A stretch of 64,000 bases of DNA from Thermoleophilia bacterium (GCA_040768135.1 JAXGNF010000003.1:11191-75190); one strand, 5' to 3'. Shown: positions 19,574 through 29,277, numbered from the stretch's first letter. The notes: generated by a model from the letters alone, not told the origin. Program-made: numbers and translations.

Positions 19574-20027
19574 CGAACGCTGGAAACCGGTTGACCGGGA
19601 CAAGGTTTATGCGGAACTGGACCATGCCGCCGACGTCTTCGTGGAAGTCTGGGGAGATGACCTGCCCAAGCTTTTCGAGAACGCGTTGTTCGCCCTCTAC
19701 GACCAGTTGGCCGAGCTCGAGGGTTTCACCGCCGAGTACGAAAAGACGATCACGGTGCGCGCCCCGACGAATGCCGAGGCGCTACGCGCGCTGTTATCCG
19801 AAGCGCTCTACCGGTTCGAGACTGAGGGGTTCGTCGCAGTAACCGCAAGGATCGCGGTCGACACCGAAGGGAACGAAGTGCAGGCCACCGCCCATCTGCG
19901 GGGAGAGACGCTGGATAGACACCGTCACACTCTTCTGAAGGAGGTCAAAGCGGTGACCTATCACCAGTTGGCGGTGGATGTGATCCCCGAGGGAGGATGG
20001 CGGGCGACTTTGCTTTTCGACGTGTAG
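19557..20027 (+). CDS. archease (RtcB activator)
   Basis: YAELDHAADVFVEVWGDDLPKLFENA...KAVTYHQLAV matches archease family motifs. It lies directly upstream of rtcB. Confidence 0.75.
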   Translation: MVQTPDERWKPVDRDKVYAELDHAADVFVEVWGDDLPKLFENALFALYDQLAELEGFTAEYEKTITVRAPTNAEALRALLSEALYRFETEGFVAVTARIAVDTEGNEVQATAHLRGETLDRHRHTLLKEVKAVTYHQLAVDVIPEGGWRATLLFDV

Positions 20028-20131
20028 AGACCGCCGCGACATTCCTAGTGCGGACACGCCGATCGACCGGCCCAGCCGGCAGAGCTGAGCAGGTCGCGCT
20101 CTAGGCGACGCCCAGAGGAGGTGACGGAGCA

Positions 20132-21571
20132 ATGGCGACCGTCAACCAGGTGAATGACTACGTGTGGGAGCTTCCGGTAATGGGCGGCATGCGTGTACCC
20201 GGGCGCATCTACGCCGATAGACGGCTGATGGAGGCATTGCGGGAGGACCAGAGCCTTGTCCAGGTTGCCAACGTGGCCCACCTACCGGGGATTCTCTGTT
20301 GTTCCATGGCTATGCCCGACATCCATTTCGGTTACGGATTCCCGATCGGTGGCGTGGCCGCGTTCAGTGCGGAAGAAGGCGTGGTCTCGCCGGGGGGAGT
20401 GGGCTATGACATAAACTGCGGGGTCCGGCTGATGGCCACCGACCTCGAAGAAGACGACCTCAAGGACGACATCCGCAGACTGGTCGACCAACTCTTCCGT
20501 GATGTGCCGTCCGGGGTGGGCGCGAGCGGCGCGATCGCGAAATTGTCGCGCGGAGAGTTGCAAAAGCTGGTGGTCGAAGGAGCTGCTTGGGCGGTGGGAC
20601 GTGGCTACGGTACGAAGCAGGATCTGAAGCACACCGAGGACGGCGGCGCTCTGCCCGGCGCCGACCCCGACGCGGTTGGGGACAGAGCCTACACCCGCGG
20701 CCTGGACCAAGTGGGGACTTTGGGCTCAGGCAACCATTTTCTCGAGATCCAGACGGTCGACGAGATCTTCGATCCCGAAGCGGCAGCGGCATATGGTCTG
20801 TGCGAAGGCCAGGTGACGATCATGGTCCACTGCGGCTCGCGAGGTTTTGGCTATCAAGTGTGTGAAGACTATCTGGGAGTCATGGCCGAGGCCACCCATC
20901 GATACAACATGGAGCTCCCCGACCGCCAGCTGGCCTGTGCTCCAGTGACATCGTCCGAGGGCAGACGGTACCTCGCGGCGATGGCCTGTGCAGCCAACTA
21001 TGCCTGGGCTAATCGCCAGATGATCATGCACCTGACCGAGCAGGCTCTGCTCCGCGCTTTGCGCTTATCACCCAAAGACCTGAACATGCGTCTGGTATAC
21101 GACGTCGCCCACAACATAGCAAAGCTCGAGACTCACGAGGTATCCGGTTCTTCAGTCAACACATGTGTCCATCGCAAAGGAGCCACCCGAGCCTTCGGCC
21201 CCGGACGACCGGAGGTGCCGGATGACTACCGCGAGGTAGGGCAACCGGTGTTGATCCCGGGAGATATGGGCACGGCTTCTTTCGTGTGCAAAGGCACTGA
21301 GGAGGCTATGCGCCAGACGTTCGGTTCCACCTGCCATGGAGCCGGTCGGGTGATGAGTCGTTCTCAAGCCCTGAAACGAGCCCGCGGTAGAGCCATCGAT
21401 CGAGAACTCGAGTCGGCGGGCATCTTGGTCCGCTCACAGGGACGAAAAACCCTGGCTGAGGAGATGCCCGAAGCCTATAAAGACGTTGATCAGGTGGTGT
21501 CGGTGATGGAAGGAGCCGGCATCTCACCGCGAGTGGCGCGGTTGCGGCCTTTGGGAGTGGTGAAGGGCTAG
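20132..21571 (+). CDS. rtcB: RNA-splicing ligase RtcB (3'-phosphate/5'-hydroxyl RNA ligase)
   Basis: GYDINCGVRL, GSGNHFLEIQ, and CHGAGR with the catalytic His are RtcB motifs. Confidence 0.9.
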   Translation: MATVNQVNDYVWELPVMGGMRVPGRIYADRRLMEALREDQSLVQVANVAHLPGILCCSMAMPDIHFGYGFPIGGVAAFSAEEGVVSPGGVGYDINCGVRLMATDLEEDDLKDDIRRLVDQLFRDVPSGVGASGAIAKLSRGELQKLVVEGAAWAVGRGYGTKQDLKHTEDGGALPGADPDAVGDRAYTRGLDQVGTLGSGNHFLEIQTVDEIFDPEAAAAYGLCEGQVTIMVHCGSRGFGYQVCEDYLGVMAEATHRYNMELPDRQLACAPVTSSEGRRYLAAMACAANYAWANRQMIMHLTEQALLRALRLSPKDLNMRLVYDVAHNIAKLETHEVSGSSVNTCVHRKGATRAFGPGRPEVPDDYREVGQPVLIPGDMGTASFVCKGTEEAMRQTFGSTCHGAGRVMSRSQALKRARGRAIDRELESAGILVRSQGRKTLAEEMPEAYKDVDQVVSVMEGAGISPRVARLRPLGVVKG

Positions 21572-21575
21572 GCGG

Positions 21576-22100
21576 TCAGTTCAGCGAAGACCCGGTGGGT
21601 GGCCCACCCGGTGACCCACTCAGGACTCCATCTTCGCCTTCAACCGGAGATGAGGTGGCATCGAGTCCGCGTTCATCCCTCTGCAACCGCTGAGCCGCCG
21701 CTCGCCCCAGACGGGCGACTTCGCGCACAGGAGACGACTCACTCAGGCGTATGAGAACGTCCGGCGGGACCCTGTCTTTGAGCGCATCCATCACGGCATG
21801 GACGGCCCGGGTGGCTTCATCTTTGGCCTGATACGAACCAGCCCTCTGCACCGCCTGCACCAAGCCCTCCATCTGATCCTTCACCGCTCGGCCTTTATCA
21901 CCGATCAGATCTCGTACAGAGAAGCTCAGTTTGAACTCGAGATGGTCGCCGTGCTTGTAGTGAGTGATACGCTGCAGAACACGCAGCAGGCCGCCCCAGA
22001 CCAGGCGCCCAGTCGTGAACCGCCGGGGCCGCCGACGAGACCGGCCTACGGGAACGGCAATACTGTGGCTGGTGCTCGACACAGACACTCTCCAGTACAT
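21576..22100 (-). CDS. hypothetical protein (possibly DUF2267-like); start uncertain
   Basis: Protein-like composition in LQRITHYKHGDHLEFKLSFSVRDLIGDKGRAVKDQMEGLVQAVQRAGSYQAKDEATRAVHAVMDALKDRVPPDVLIRL. The first 40 codons are R-rich and probably not translated. Confidence 0.35.
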   Translation of the reverse strand: MYWRVSVSSTSHSIAVPVGRSRRRPRRFTTGRLVWGGLLRVLQRITHYKHGDHLEFKLSFSVRDLIGDKGRAVKDQMEGLVQAVQRAGSYQAKDEATRAVHAVMDALKDRVPPDVLIRLSESSPVREVARLGRAAAQRLQRDERGLDATSSPVEGEDGVLSGSPGGPPTGSSLN

Positions 22101-22168
22101 CTTGGACCGACCTGATATGTGACATCATACCGCAGTAATGCACGCGAGAAAACCCGCATTCGGTCCAT

Positions 22169-22714
22169 TCAGCAGTGGCGTTCGACTTTGAATCGATAGA
22201 TGCGATAGTGGTCTCGACCGTAGGCGATATTGCCTTTGCGGCACACAATACTCAGTTGCTGCTCTACGGTGTCGACCCCCTCCAAGTCGGGCAGGAGTAA
22301 GGCCCGGCGTCCGTCCTCAGTCTGGACGATGACTCCGTAGGCCTTGGGATCGAGCAACGCGGGATCGGCAACTTCCTCCGCTGCGCCGAGCACATCGACC
22401 GATATGTGTAGTTCGGCCAGTTCGTCTGACTGCACGGGCGAGAAGCGCGGATCCCGAGTGGCGGCACTGATGGCGTTGGCCACGATCTCTTCTTCGATGC
22501 TGTCCCGATTACCTTCGATCGTCCCTATGCAACCCCGCAGAGAACCGTCGCCCAAATGCAACGAGACGAACACGCCCGCCCGGCGGGGCTCCAGCCCCGG
22601 GATAGGGTCCGGTTTCAGCACCACCCCATCGCGGACATAGGCTTCGATAGCCCGCCCCGCCAGCTCCACCAGGGGATCCCGTTCGTACCCTGGCTCCTTC
22701 GACCAGGCGCTCAT
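22169..22714 (-). CDS. AMMECR1 domain protein (AmmeMemoRadiSam system protein A)
   Basis: GVFVSLHLGDGSLRGCIGT carries the AMMECR1 signature Cys. It forms an operon with the Memo-like and radical SAM genes. Confidence 0.8.
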   Translation of the reverse strand: MSAWSKEPGYERDPLVELAGRAIEAYVRDGVVLKPDPIPGLEPRRAGVFVSLHLGDGSLRGCIGTIEGNRDSIEEEIVANAISAATRDPRFSPVQSDELAELHISVDVLGAAEEVADPALLDPKAYGVIVQTEDGRRALLLPDLEGVDTVEQQLSIVCRKGNIAYGRDHYRIYRFKVERHC

Positions 22715-23598
22715 TGACCCACTCCGGCGACCGGGCCGTCATCTGTCGTCCCTGCATGTACAGTATCCGCTTCACCCACCTCCACTTCTCCCACCAGGTA
22801 GCCCACGCCGAACGGCCCCTCATACGAGAGCACCCGATTTCGGACGTGGAGTCCCGCCGCCCGCGCGGCACCCACAACCCCGGAGAGAACGGTCATCGAG
22901 CGATAACCACACTCGCCCGCAGCCGCGGTAAGGGTGGAGGGGATCGAAAGCAGTCCCTGCCAATCACCGGCGCCAAAAGTCTCGACCACCTGCTTGTCGA
23001 ACTCCGCCCCGCGCGGGTCGTAGCCGGCAGGGGCTCCTGGTATCAGCCTATGACTGAGATCGCTACTGGCCACATAGAGCACCCGGCGCGGCGACCTCAC
23101 AATGACTTCGCCGACTGCCTCCCCGAAACGCACGTGTTCGTGGCAACCGAGTTGCGAGAACGACAATATCACCAGGCGGCAGGCCTGGGTCAGCCCGCCC
23201 ATGATGTAGACCAGAGGCACCATAGAACCGTGGTCCAGGTCTACCTCATCGCCAACGGAGGCGATAATGGTCGTCGGGATATTCCTGTTCGCAGCATGTT
23301 CTACTATTGCCCCGCCCAGTTCATCGTCCCCGGCAACGCTAAGCGTGACCTGCGGTGCGCGAAAGTAGGCCAGTGACCCTCTGTACGAAGAGGCGAACGA
23401 GACCCCCATGTGACGTGCAGACAAGGGAGCGTGCGGCGAAAGCAACACGATTGTGTCCGGCATGAGCCCAGCGGCTTTGGAACGCAGCATCTGCATCGAG
23501 CGCACGGTGGCCTCGATCCGCCTTAATTCGCTCCCTCCGACCTCCGGCACCATGATCGGAGGATGCGGGCTCACAAAGCAGCCGACCAGTGTCATTTC
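22711..23598 (-). CDS. Memo-like protein (AmmeMemoRadiSam system protein B)
   Basis: From MTLVGCFVSPHPPIMVPEVGG...LLSPHAPL, the Memo/dioxygenase-like fold (SPHAP). Overlapping stop/start with neighbours on both sides. Confidence 0.8.
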   Translation of the reverse strand, partial: EMTLVGCFVSPHPPIMVPEVGGSELRRIEATVRSMQMLRSKAAGLMPDTIVLLSPHAPLSARHMGVSFASSYRGSLAYFRAPQVTLSVAGDDELGGAIVEHAANRNIPTTIIASVGDEVDLDHGSMVPLVYIMGGLTQACRLVILSFSQLGCHEHVRFGEAVGEVIVRSPRRVLYVASSDLSHRLIPGAPAGYDPRGAEFDKQVVETFGAGDWQGLLSIPSTLTAAAGECGYRSMTVLSGVVGAARAAGLHVRNRVLSYEGPFGVGYLVGEVEVGEADTVHAGTTDDGPVAGVGQ

Positions 23599-24659
23599 GA
23601 CCCCTCCTTCTGATGGACGGCTATCTCCGCGCCACAAAGCGGACACCGTCCGTGCATCACGCTGTTCTTTTTAAGCGCGAAACCTTGACGCTCGATCACG
23701 ACCTCTCCGCACTCCGGACACGCGGTCGATTCAGTCGGATGGCCGGGGATATTCCCACCGTACACATACCGCAGACCCTCGGCCCGACCAATGCGAATAG
23801 CCCTCTCGATGGACGACACAGGCGTGGGCTCCACATCGAGCAACCGGTGCGAGGGGTAGAAACGCGATACGTGCCAGGGAATGTCGGGCGACACCGAGAC
23901 CAAAAACCGCACGAGCGAGCTCAGTTCGTCTTCGCCATCGTTCAGGCCCGGGATGAGGAGTGTCGTCACTTCTATCCACACCCCCATGCTCCACAGGCGT
24001 CGGATGGAATCTAGTACCGGCTTGAGCCGCGCGTCCACCCGAGTACGGTAGAATTCATCGGAGAACGCTTTTAGATCGACGTTGGCGGCGTGAAGATCTC
24101 CGTCGATGTCGGCCAAGGTCTCGGCCGTCATGTATCCGTTCGTGATGAACACGTTCTTGAGGCCCGCCGCTGAGGCCGATCGGGCGCAATCCCGCGCATA
24201 CTCGTAGAAAATGGTCGGCTCGGTATATGTATAAGAGATGCTGGCGCATCCCGACTCGAGGGCAGCCTCCACCACCTCTTCGGGCGAGAGGAACCTGCCG
24301 ATGATGGCACCACGCTCGCGGGGCATCTGGCTTATGTCGGCGTTCTGGCAGAAGGAACAGGCAAAATTGCAACCCACGGTGGCCAGCGAGAGACTAGTAG
24401 TGCCGGGGAGAAAGTGGAACAGGGGTTTTTTCTCGATGGGATCCACCGCGATCGAGACCGGCCGCCCGTACACCAGCGTGTAGAGGACGCCGCCCCTGTT
24501 CTCCCTCACGCCGCACTTCCCCCGCTCTCCAGAGGCTATCCGACAGTGGTGGGCGCAGAGAAAACAGTGTACGCCCGGCCCCCCGCGCCATTCACGCCAG
24601 AGCGAGGCCTCGACAGCTTCGATAGGACGATCGCCGTTCACCGCCTGCCACCTCCCCAA
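23592..24659 (-). CDS. AmmeMemoRadiSam system radical SAM enzyme
   Basis: VGCNFACSFCQN is a CxxxCxxC radical SAM motif. An N-terminal Cys-rich region (CFLCAHHCRI...GKCGV) is typical of this family. Confidence 0.85.
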   Translation of the reverse strand: MGRWQAVNGDRPIEAVEASLWREWRGGPGVHCFLCAHHCRIASGERGKCGVRENRGGVLYTLVYGRPVSIAVDPIEKKPLFHFLPGTTSLSLATVGCNFACSFCQNADISQMPRERGAIIGRFLSPEEVVEAALESGCASISYTYTEPTIFYEYARDCARSASAAGLKNVFITNGYMTAETLADIDGDLHAANVDLKAFSDEFYRTRVDARLKPVLDSIRRLWSMGVWIEVTTLLIPGLNDGEDELSSLVRFLVSVSPDIPWHVSRFYPSHRLLDVEPTPVSSIERAIRIGRAEGLRYVYGGNIPGHPTESTACPECGEVVIERQGFALKKNSVMHGRCPLCGAEIAVHQKEGSK

Positions 24660-24684
24660 GAGGAGCTCTTTCGGAAGGGCGTCT

Positions 24685-25386
24685 CTACAATTGACTCGTC
24701 ACGCGGCGACATATCCGCGTAAACGGAGACAGACCCTGCATACCCCAATTGAGGGCATATTCACGCCTCCCGAGCCGGTGCGCCACCGTGCCCGCCTCAA
24801 CCAAAGAGACAAGCGTATCCCGGGTGGGGTATTCATGGACCACCACGTAAGCTTGGCCTACCTCTTTTTTGCAGTGGGCATCGCTACCTGCACCACAAGG
24901 CTTAGCCATCCGCCTCGCGAGCCGCGAGGCATTCGCGTTGGCCCATGGGCTAAGGGCTCTTCCATTGAATGTTTCGATGATGTCGGCCAGCCCTGCAGCC
25001 CGCACGCGGGCCTTCCGCGAGATCGTGCCGCGGCGGAAACGATCACACGGATGGGGTAGATAGACGAGCCCTCCCTGCTGCCTTACTAGTTCCACTGACC
25101 GCTCCAGAGAGAGACCCGCGGGGATGTCTTCTTGAAGATAGAGCCCTATGATCTCGCCTTCTGCCGTCAACAGTTCGATTCCCGGGATCACTCGGGGCAA
25201 CGACTTGTCCGAGTCGGCAAGGGCCAAAGCCTCTAGGCCCCCCCGGATAGAGTTGTGGTCGGTGACCGCCATACAGTCGATGCCGCGAGCCGCGGCGATC
25301 TCAAGGAGGGCCGCCGGAGAGAGGAAACCGTCGGCAGAGAATCGCGTGTGGTTGTGCAGATCCAGCCTTAGGCCAAAGACCGACAC
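24685..25386 (-). CDS. PHP-domain metal-dependent phosphoesterase
   Basis: LDLHNHTRFSADG...AVTDHNS...LPHP, His-rich PHP motifs. Confidence 0.7.
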   Translation of the reverse strand: MSVFGLRLDLHNHTRFSADGFLSPAALLEIAAARGIDCMAVTDHNSIRGGLEALALADSDKSLPRVIPGIELLTAEGEIIGLYLQEDIPAGLSLERSVELVRQQGGLVYLPHPCDRFRRGTISRKARVRAAGLADIIETFNGRALSPWANANASRLARRMAKPCGAGSDAHCKKEVGQAYVVVHEYPTRDTLVSLVEAGTVAHRLGRREYALNWGMQGLSPFTRICRRVTSQL

Positions 25387-25388
25387 GG

Positions 25389-25589
25389 TCAGACATCCGG
25401 GAAAGAACCACTGATGCGACGGCGGCGCCGGTCCCGCAGTACCCGCTTGCCCCCACCCTCGCTCGCGGAACGCCGATCTCCTTCACGCCGGTCGATGATG
25501 ACCTCGACACCCTCCACGCCTTCGAAACGTTTCTTGAATTCGTTGTAGTATTTGTCCGCCAGTTCGCGGGGGATCACATAGTAGATCAC
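25389..25589 (-). CDS. small hypothetical protein (66 aa) with an Arg-rich C-terminus
   Basis: GTG start 5 nt after GGGAGGTGA. Host-like codon usage. Its stop abuts the PHP gene start. MIYYVIPRELADKYYNEFKKRFEGVEGVEVIIDRREGDRR... Confidence 0.4.
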   Translation of the reverse strand: MIYYVIPRELADKYYNEFKKRFEGVEGVEVIIDRREGDRRSASEGGGKRVLRDRRRRRISGSFPDV

Positions 25590-25675
25590 GTGCAGTCACC
25601 TCCCATCATCGGACGATTTCTATGATAGTGTCTCGTTACTCTCAGTCCAAGAGCGAAGAGCCTCTACACTAGCGC

Positions 25676-27379
25676 ATGACAGACAGCACTGACGTAAGCG
25701 AGAATGGGCCGCTTCTAAAGAACCGCTACCGTCTGGGCAGGGTACTGGGACGCGGCGGTATGTGCATCGTGTATCAGGCCTGGGATACGCGCCTGCAACG
25801 CAACGTTGCCGTGAAGCGCTTGGAGCCCCCTCTCAACGAAGATCCGCGCACCCGGGCGAGGTTCGATCGCGAGGGACGTGCCCTCGCCCAGCTCTCGCAC
25901 CCCAATCTGGTCACCCTCATCGATCGGGGCTCGACCGAGACCGAAGACTACCTGGTTTTTGAGTACGTGGAGGGACGCTCCCTCAAGGAGATGATCCGAG
26001 AGGGCCTGATGAGCATCAGCGACTTCGGCCGAATCACCGGTCAGGTTGCAGAGGGACTGGCAGCGGCCCACGCAGCGGGTATTGTGCACCGCGATGTCAA
26101 GCCGCAGAACATCCTTATCGACCGCAACGGTTTCGCCAAGGTCACTGATTTTGGCATAGCCACGGGCCCGGACTGGACCCGCGTGACCCGAGCGGGGTCG
26201 GTCATCGGCAGCGCCCGCTACATGTCGCCAGAGCAGGTGCGGAGCAGGCAGGTGGACGGCCGTTCGGACATCTACTCTTTGGGCGTGGTCATGTATGAGA
26301 TGTTGACCGGCCATCCACCTTTCGACGGTACCAACATGCCCGTGATTGCCCGCATGCATCTGAACGCGGTCCCTCCCCCTATCAGCGATATACGCCCCAA
26401 CCTGCCCGCCGGGCTCGAGAAAATCGTCATGCGCTGCCTGGAGAAATCGCCGGAGGACCGGTTCACGTCTATGGACGAACTCCTGGGAGCGCTGGTCGGC
26501 CTGGGCTTGTATGCGCCACAGCGGGTACCGGAGGTGGCCGCCTCGGTAAGACGATCCTACCGGCGTGATGAAAAGAGATCGCGGTCGGCGACCAGGCCCC
26601 CGGCGCCCGAAACCTTCTCTGACGAGATCGACGAAGACATGTGGATCCGCGAGCGAGCCCGCGAACTAGCCCGCAAACGCCGTGCCCAACGCCGCTGGAA
26701 GATCCTGGGTTTCCTAGTGGTGATCGCCTTGGTGATCGTCGGGCTGGTTCTCGCCTTCACTCTTAAGGGGGGCGGAGCTCCGATGGTGCTGGGGCTCACT
26801 CTCGATGAGGCCAGGGTATTGGCAAAAGAGGCGGGCCTCCAGATCGAGATCACCGACCGGGTTCCGTCATTCGATAGACCCGCCGACATCGTGATGCGCC
26901 AGGATCCCGAGGCGGAGTTGAAGTCGAAAGACAAAGTGCTCCGCCTGATAGTGACCAGGGAGCCCACTATGGTGGCGGTGACCAAGCTGGTCGATGTCGA
27001 TCCAGAAGGTGACAATGTCGAGAACCCCGACAAACTGCCCAACCTGATCGACGGCAAGGAAAGCACTGTCTGGAGCACCGAACTGTATCGCTCGGAGCTC
27101 TTCGGAGGTCTGAAGACAGGCGTAGGATTTGACTTCACCCTTGAAGGCGAGGCCACGATCATAGAGGTCGTCTCGTCGGTGGAGGGGTGGAAGGGCCAAC
27201 TGCTGCAGGTCCTGGCCTCAGGGGGTCTGGCCAAGGTAGCCAATCTCGACGGTACGACTACCCAGATCATCACTCTGGGGAACCCCATCGACAACGGGCG
27301 CTTCTGGTTCACCGAATTGGCAAAACTGACCAACAATCGCTGGGGAGTGGAGCTTTCGGAGATTCGCTTCTACAGGTGA
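25676..27379 (+). CDS. Hanks-type Ser/Thr protein kinase with a TM segment, one PASTA-like repeat and a C-terminal discoidin/F5-8-type-C-like domain
   Basis: Kinase subdomains GRGGMCIVY, VAVKRL, HRDVKPQNILI, DFG, SPEQ. The TM is WKILGFLVVIALVIVGLVLAF. The extracellular MVLGLTLDEARVLAKEAGLQIEI resembles a PASTA repeat. The C-terminal roughly 150 aa resembles a galactose-binding-like fold. Confidence 0.85.
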   Translation: MTDSTDVSENGPLLKNRYRLGRVLGRGGMCIVYQAWDTRLQRNVAVKRLEPPLNEDPRTRARFDREGRALAQLSHPNLVTLIDRGSTETEDYLVFEYVEGRSLKEMIREGLMSISDFGRITGQVAEGLAAAHAAGIVHRDVKPQNILIDRNGFAKVTDFGIATGPDWTRVTRAGSVIGSARYMSPEQVRSRQVDGRSDIYSLGVVMYEMLTGHPPFDGTNMPVIARMHLNAVPPPISDIRPNLPAGLEKIVMRCLEKSPEDRFTSMDELLGALVGLGLYAPQRVPEVAASVRRSYRRDEKRSRSATRPPAPETFSDEIDEDMWIRERARELARKRRAQRRWKILGFLVVIALVIVGLVLAFTLKGGGAPMVLGLTLDEARVLAKEAGLQIEITDRVPSFDRPADIVMRQDPEAELKSKDKVLRLIVTREPTMVAVTKLVDVDPEGDNVENPDKLPNLIDGKESTVWSTELYRSELFGGLKTGVGFDFTLEGEATIIEVVSSVEGWKGQLLQVLASGGLAKVANLDGTTTQIITLGNPIDNGRFWFTELAKLTNNRWGVELSEIRFYR

Positions 27380-27427
27380 CGTAGCCGCGTCCATCGTCCA
27401 TTCCCCACCGAGGGCAGGGGCGCCACC

Positions 27428-28201
27428 TCAGGTATTCACACCCAAATCCCCCAAGAGTCCTCTGACCAAACCGCCGAAGCCGGGCTCGGCCACCATGCCT
27501 TGGCGACGAGGACGGGGCAGGTCGACCACCAACTCGCGTTTGACGGTACCCGGCCGGGCACTCAGGACGATGACCCTATCAGCGAGGTACACGGCTTCTT
27601 CGACGTCGTGCGTGATAAATACCACTGTCCTATCGAATTCTTGCCATACGGTCAACAGCCAGTCTTGAAGCTCTCTGCGGGTGAGGGCATCAAGAGCCCC
27701 GAATGGTTCGTCGAGCAACAGGGTCTCGCAGCCAGTGAACCACGCTCTAAGCAGAGCTGCGCGTTGGCGCATACCCCCCGAGAGAGAAGAGGGATAATCG
27801 TGCTCGAAGCCCTCTAGGCCAAAGGGACGAAGCATCTCAAGGGCTGCCGGCCGGGACTCCTTGCGGGGAACACCCTTGATGTCTTGAGATAGAAGTACGT
27901 TATCCAGAACACTCCGCCAGGGCAACAACAGATCACGCTGCGGCATATAACCTAACGTCCCGAGGCGATTTCGGGAGATCTCGCCGTTGATAAGAATCGA
28001 GCCTTCATCAGGCTCCAGCAGACCTACGAGGAGATTGAAGAGCGTGCTTTTTCCGCTGCCGCTTGCGCCGATGATGGTGACGAATTCCCCAGGCATCACC
28101 TTGAGGGACACATCACGGAGGGCCGGAACCGACCGGCCGTTACCCACGAAGGTCTTGCCGACATGACGCAACTCTATGCGCGGAGTGGTCATCTTGAGCA
28201 C
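27428..28201 (-). CDS. ABC transporter ATP-binding protein (ThiZ/SsuB-like, NitT/TauT family)
   Basis: Walker A GASGSGKST, signature LSGGMRQRAAL, Walker B LLLDEPFGALD. Confidence 0.8.
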   Translation of the reverse strand: MLKMTTPRIELRHVGKTFVGNGRSVPALRDVSLKVMPGEFVTIIGASGSGKSTLFNLLVGLLEPDEGSILINGEISRNRLGTLGYMPQRDLLLPWRSVLDNVLLSQDIKGVPRKESRPAALEMLRPFGLEGFEHDYPSSLSGGMRQRAALLRAWFTGCETLLLDEPFGALDALTRRELQDWLLTVWQEFDRTVVFITHDVEEAVYLADRVIVLSARPGTVKRELVVDLPRPRRQGMVAEPGFGGLVRGLLGDLGVNT

Positions 28202-28259
28202 CTGCGACGGAGTGATCCGCCCACACCATCATCCAGACACACAGCCGCGCTCCTCGATA

Positions 28260-29273
28260 CTAGGGCAAGAATCGGTTGGTGAACGCATCTTCGATAATGA
28301 TGGGGGTCGCCACAACGTCGTTCTTGACCAGCCAGTCGGTGTAGTCCTGCCAGACTTCGGTTCTTTGCTCACCCCAGCGGGGAGCTTCGCCCACCAGATA
28401 GGCCGAAAGCCATCTCTGGCTCTTTTTGACGAGTGCGCCATCGAGTTCGGGCACTGCCGCTAGGAGGATGTCTGCGGCTTCATCCGGGTGCTCAGCCGCG
28501 AACGTATATCCCCGCGAAAGAGCCGTGAGCAGTGACTTCGCGAGCTCACCTCGACTTTCCACAGTAGACTCACCGGCGATGACCACCGGGGTGTAGAAAT
28601 CGGGCACGCAATTGAAGTAGTCTTCCATCATGACCACGTTGAGGGCGATCCCCTTCTCTTCAGCCTGAATGCCCTGCCAGCCGTAGTAAATCCAGGCCAA
28701 GTCGACCCGGTTTTCAGCGAGGAGTGCCAACGCGTCCGAGAAGCCCGTGGTCACCATCTTCAGTTTGTCGAACTCAGCGCCCGAACATTCCATCAAAGCT
28801 TTAAGAGTAGGGATCTCGGACGGTGAGCCCCAAGCTCCGTAGCGCAATCCTTCGAAGTCGGCAGGGTCGGTCACGTTGAGAGCGGCCGGTGAAGCAAACC
28901 CCGATGTGTTGTGCTGGAGGACCGCCGCAATGGAGACGATGCGCGCCCCCTCGGCCCGCGCGAGCGTCACGGATTCTTGAAAGCTTATGCCGAAGTCGGC
29001 GGCCCCCCCGGCCACCGCCGCCTCAGGGTACACCTCGCCTGGAGTGATGATCTGGACGTCCAGCCCCTCGTCCGCGAAATAGCCCTTGTCGCTTGCCACG
29101 AAGATGCCGGTGTGGTTGGTGTTCGGTACCCAATCGAGCATGAACTTCACAGGCGTAAACACCTCCGGCGTCGAGCTGCCGCACCCACCGCCGATGATGA
29201 CCACGAATACGAGGACCATGAGTAGCAGTGATACAACCGACGACAGATTCCTCATCTCACCTGACCTCCCCAA
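28260..29273 (-). CDS. ABC transporter substrate-binding protein, NMT1/THI5-like (ThiY-like, likely HMP/thiamine-precursor binding)
   Basis: Signal peptide plus lipobox (GGGCGSS). LDWVPNTNHTGIFVA...GYF is the NMT1/THI5 family signature. It lies in a riboswitch-controlled thiamine locus. Confidence 0.7.
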   Translation of the reverse strand: MGRSGEMRNLSSVVSLLLMVLVFVVIIGGGCGSSTPEVFTPVKFMLDWVPNTNHTGIFVASDKGYFADEGLDVQIITPGEVYPEAAVAGGAADFGISFQESVTLARAEGARIVSIAAVLQHNTSGFASPAALNVTDPADFEGLRYGAWGSPSEIPTLKALMECSGAEFDKLKMVTTGFSDALALLAENRVDLAWIYYGWQGIQAEEKGIALNVVMMEDYFNCVPDFYTPVVIAGESTVESRGELAKSLLTALSRGYTFAAEHPDEAADILLAAVPELDGALVKKSQRWLSAYLVGEAPRWGEQRTEVWQDYTDWLVKNDVVATPIIIEDAFTNRFLP

Positions 29274-29277
29274 CCAA

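Noticed and set aside
25715-26359. 214-aa minus-strand ORF
   Set aside because: Lies antisense inside the Ser/Thr kinase catalytic domain, which has all Hanks motifs. No RBS, and arbitrary composition.
26557-27336. 259-aa minus-strand ORF
   Set aside because: Antisense to the kinase C-terminal region. S/R/P-rich low-complexity translation.
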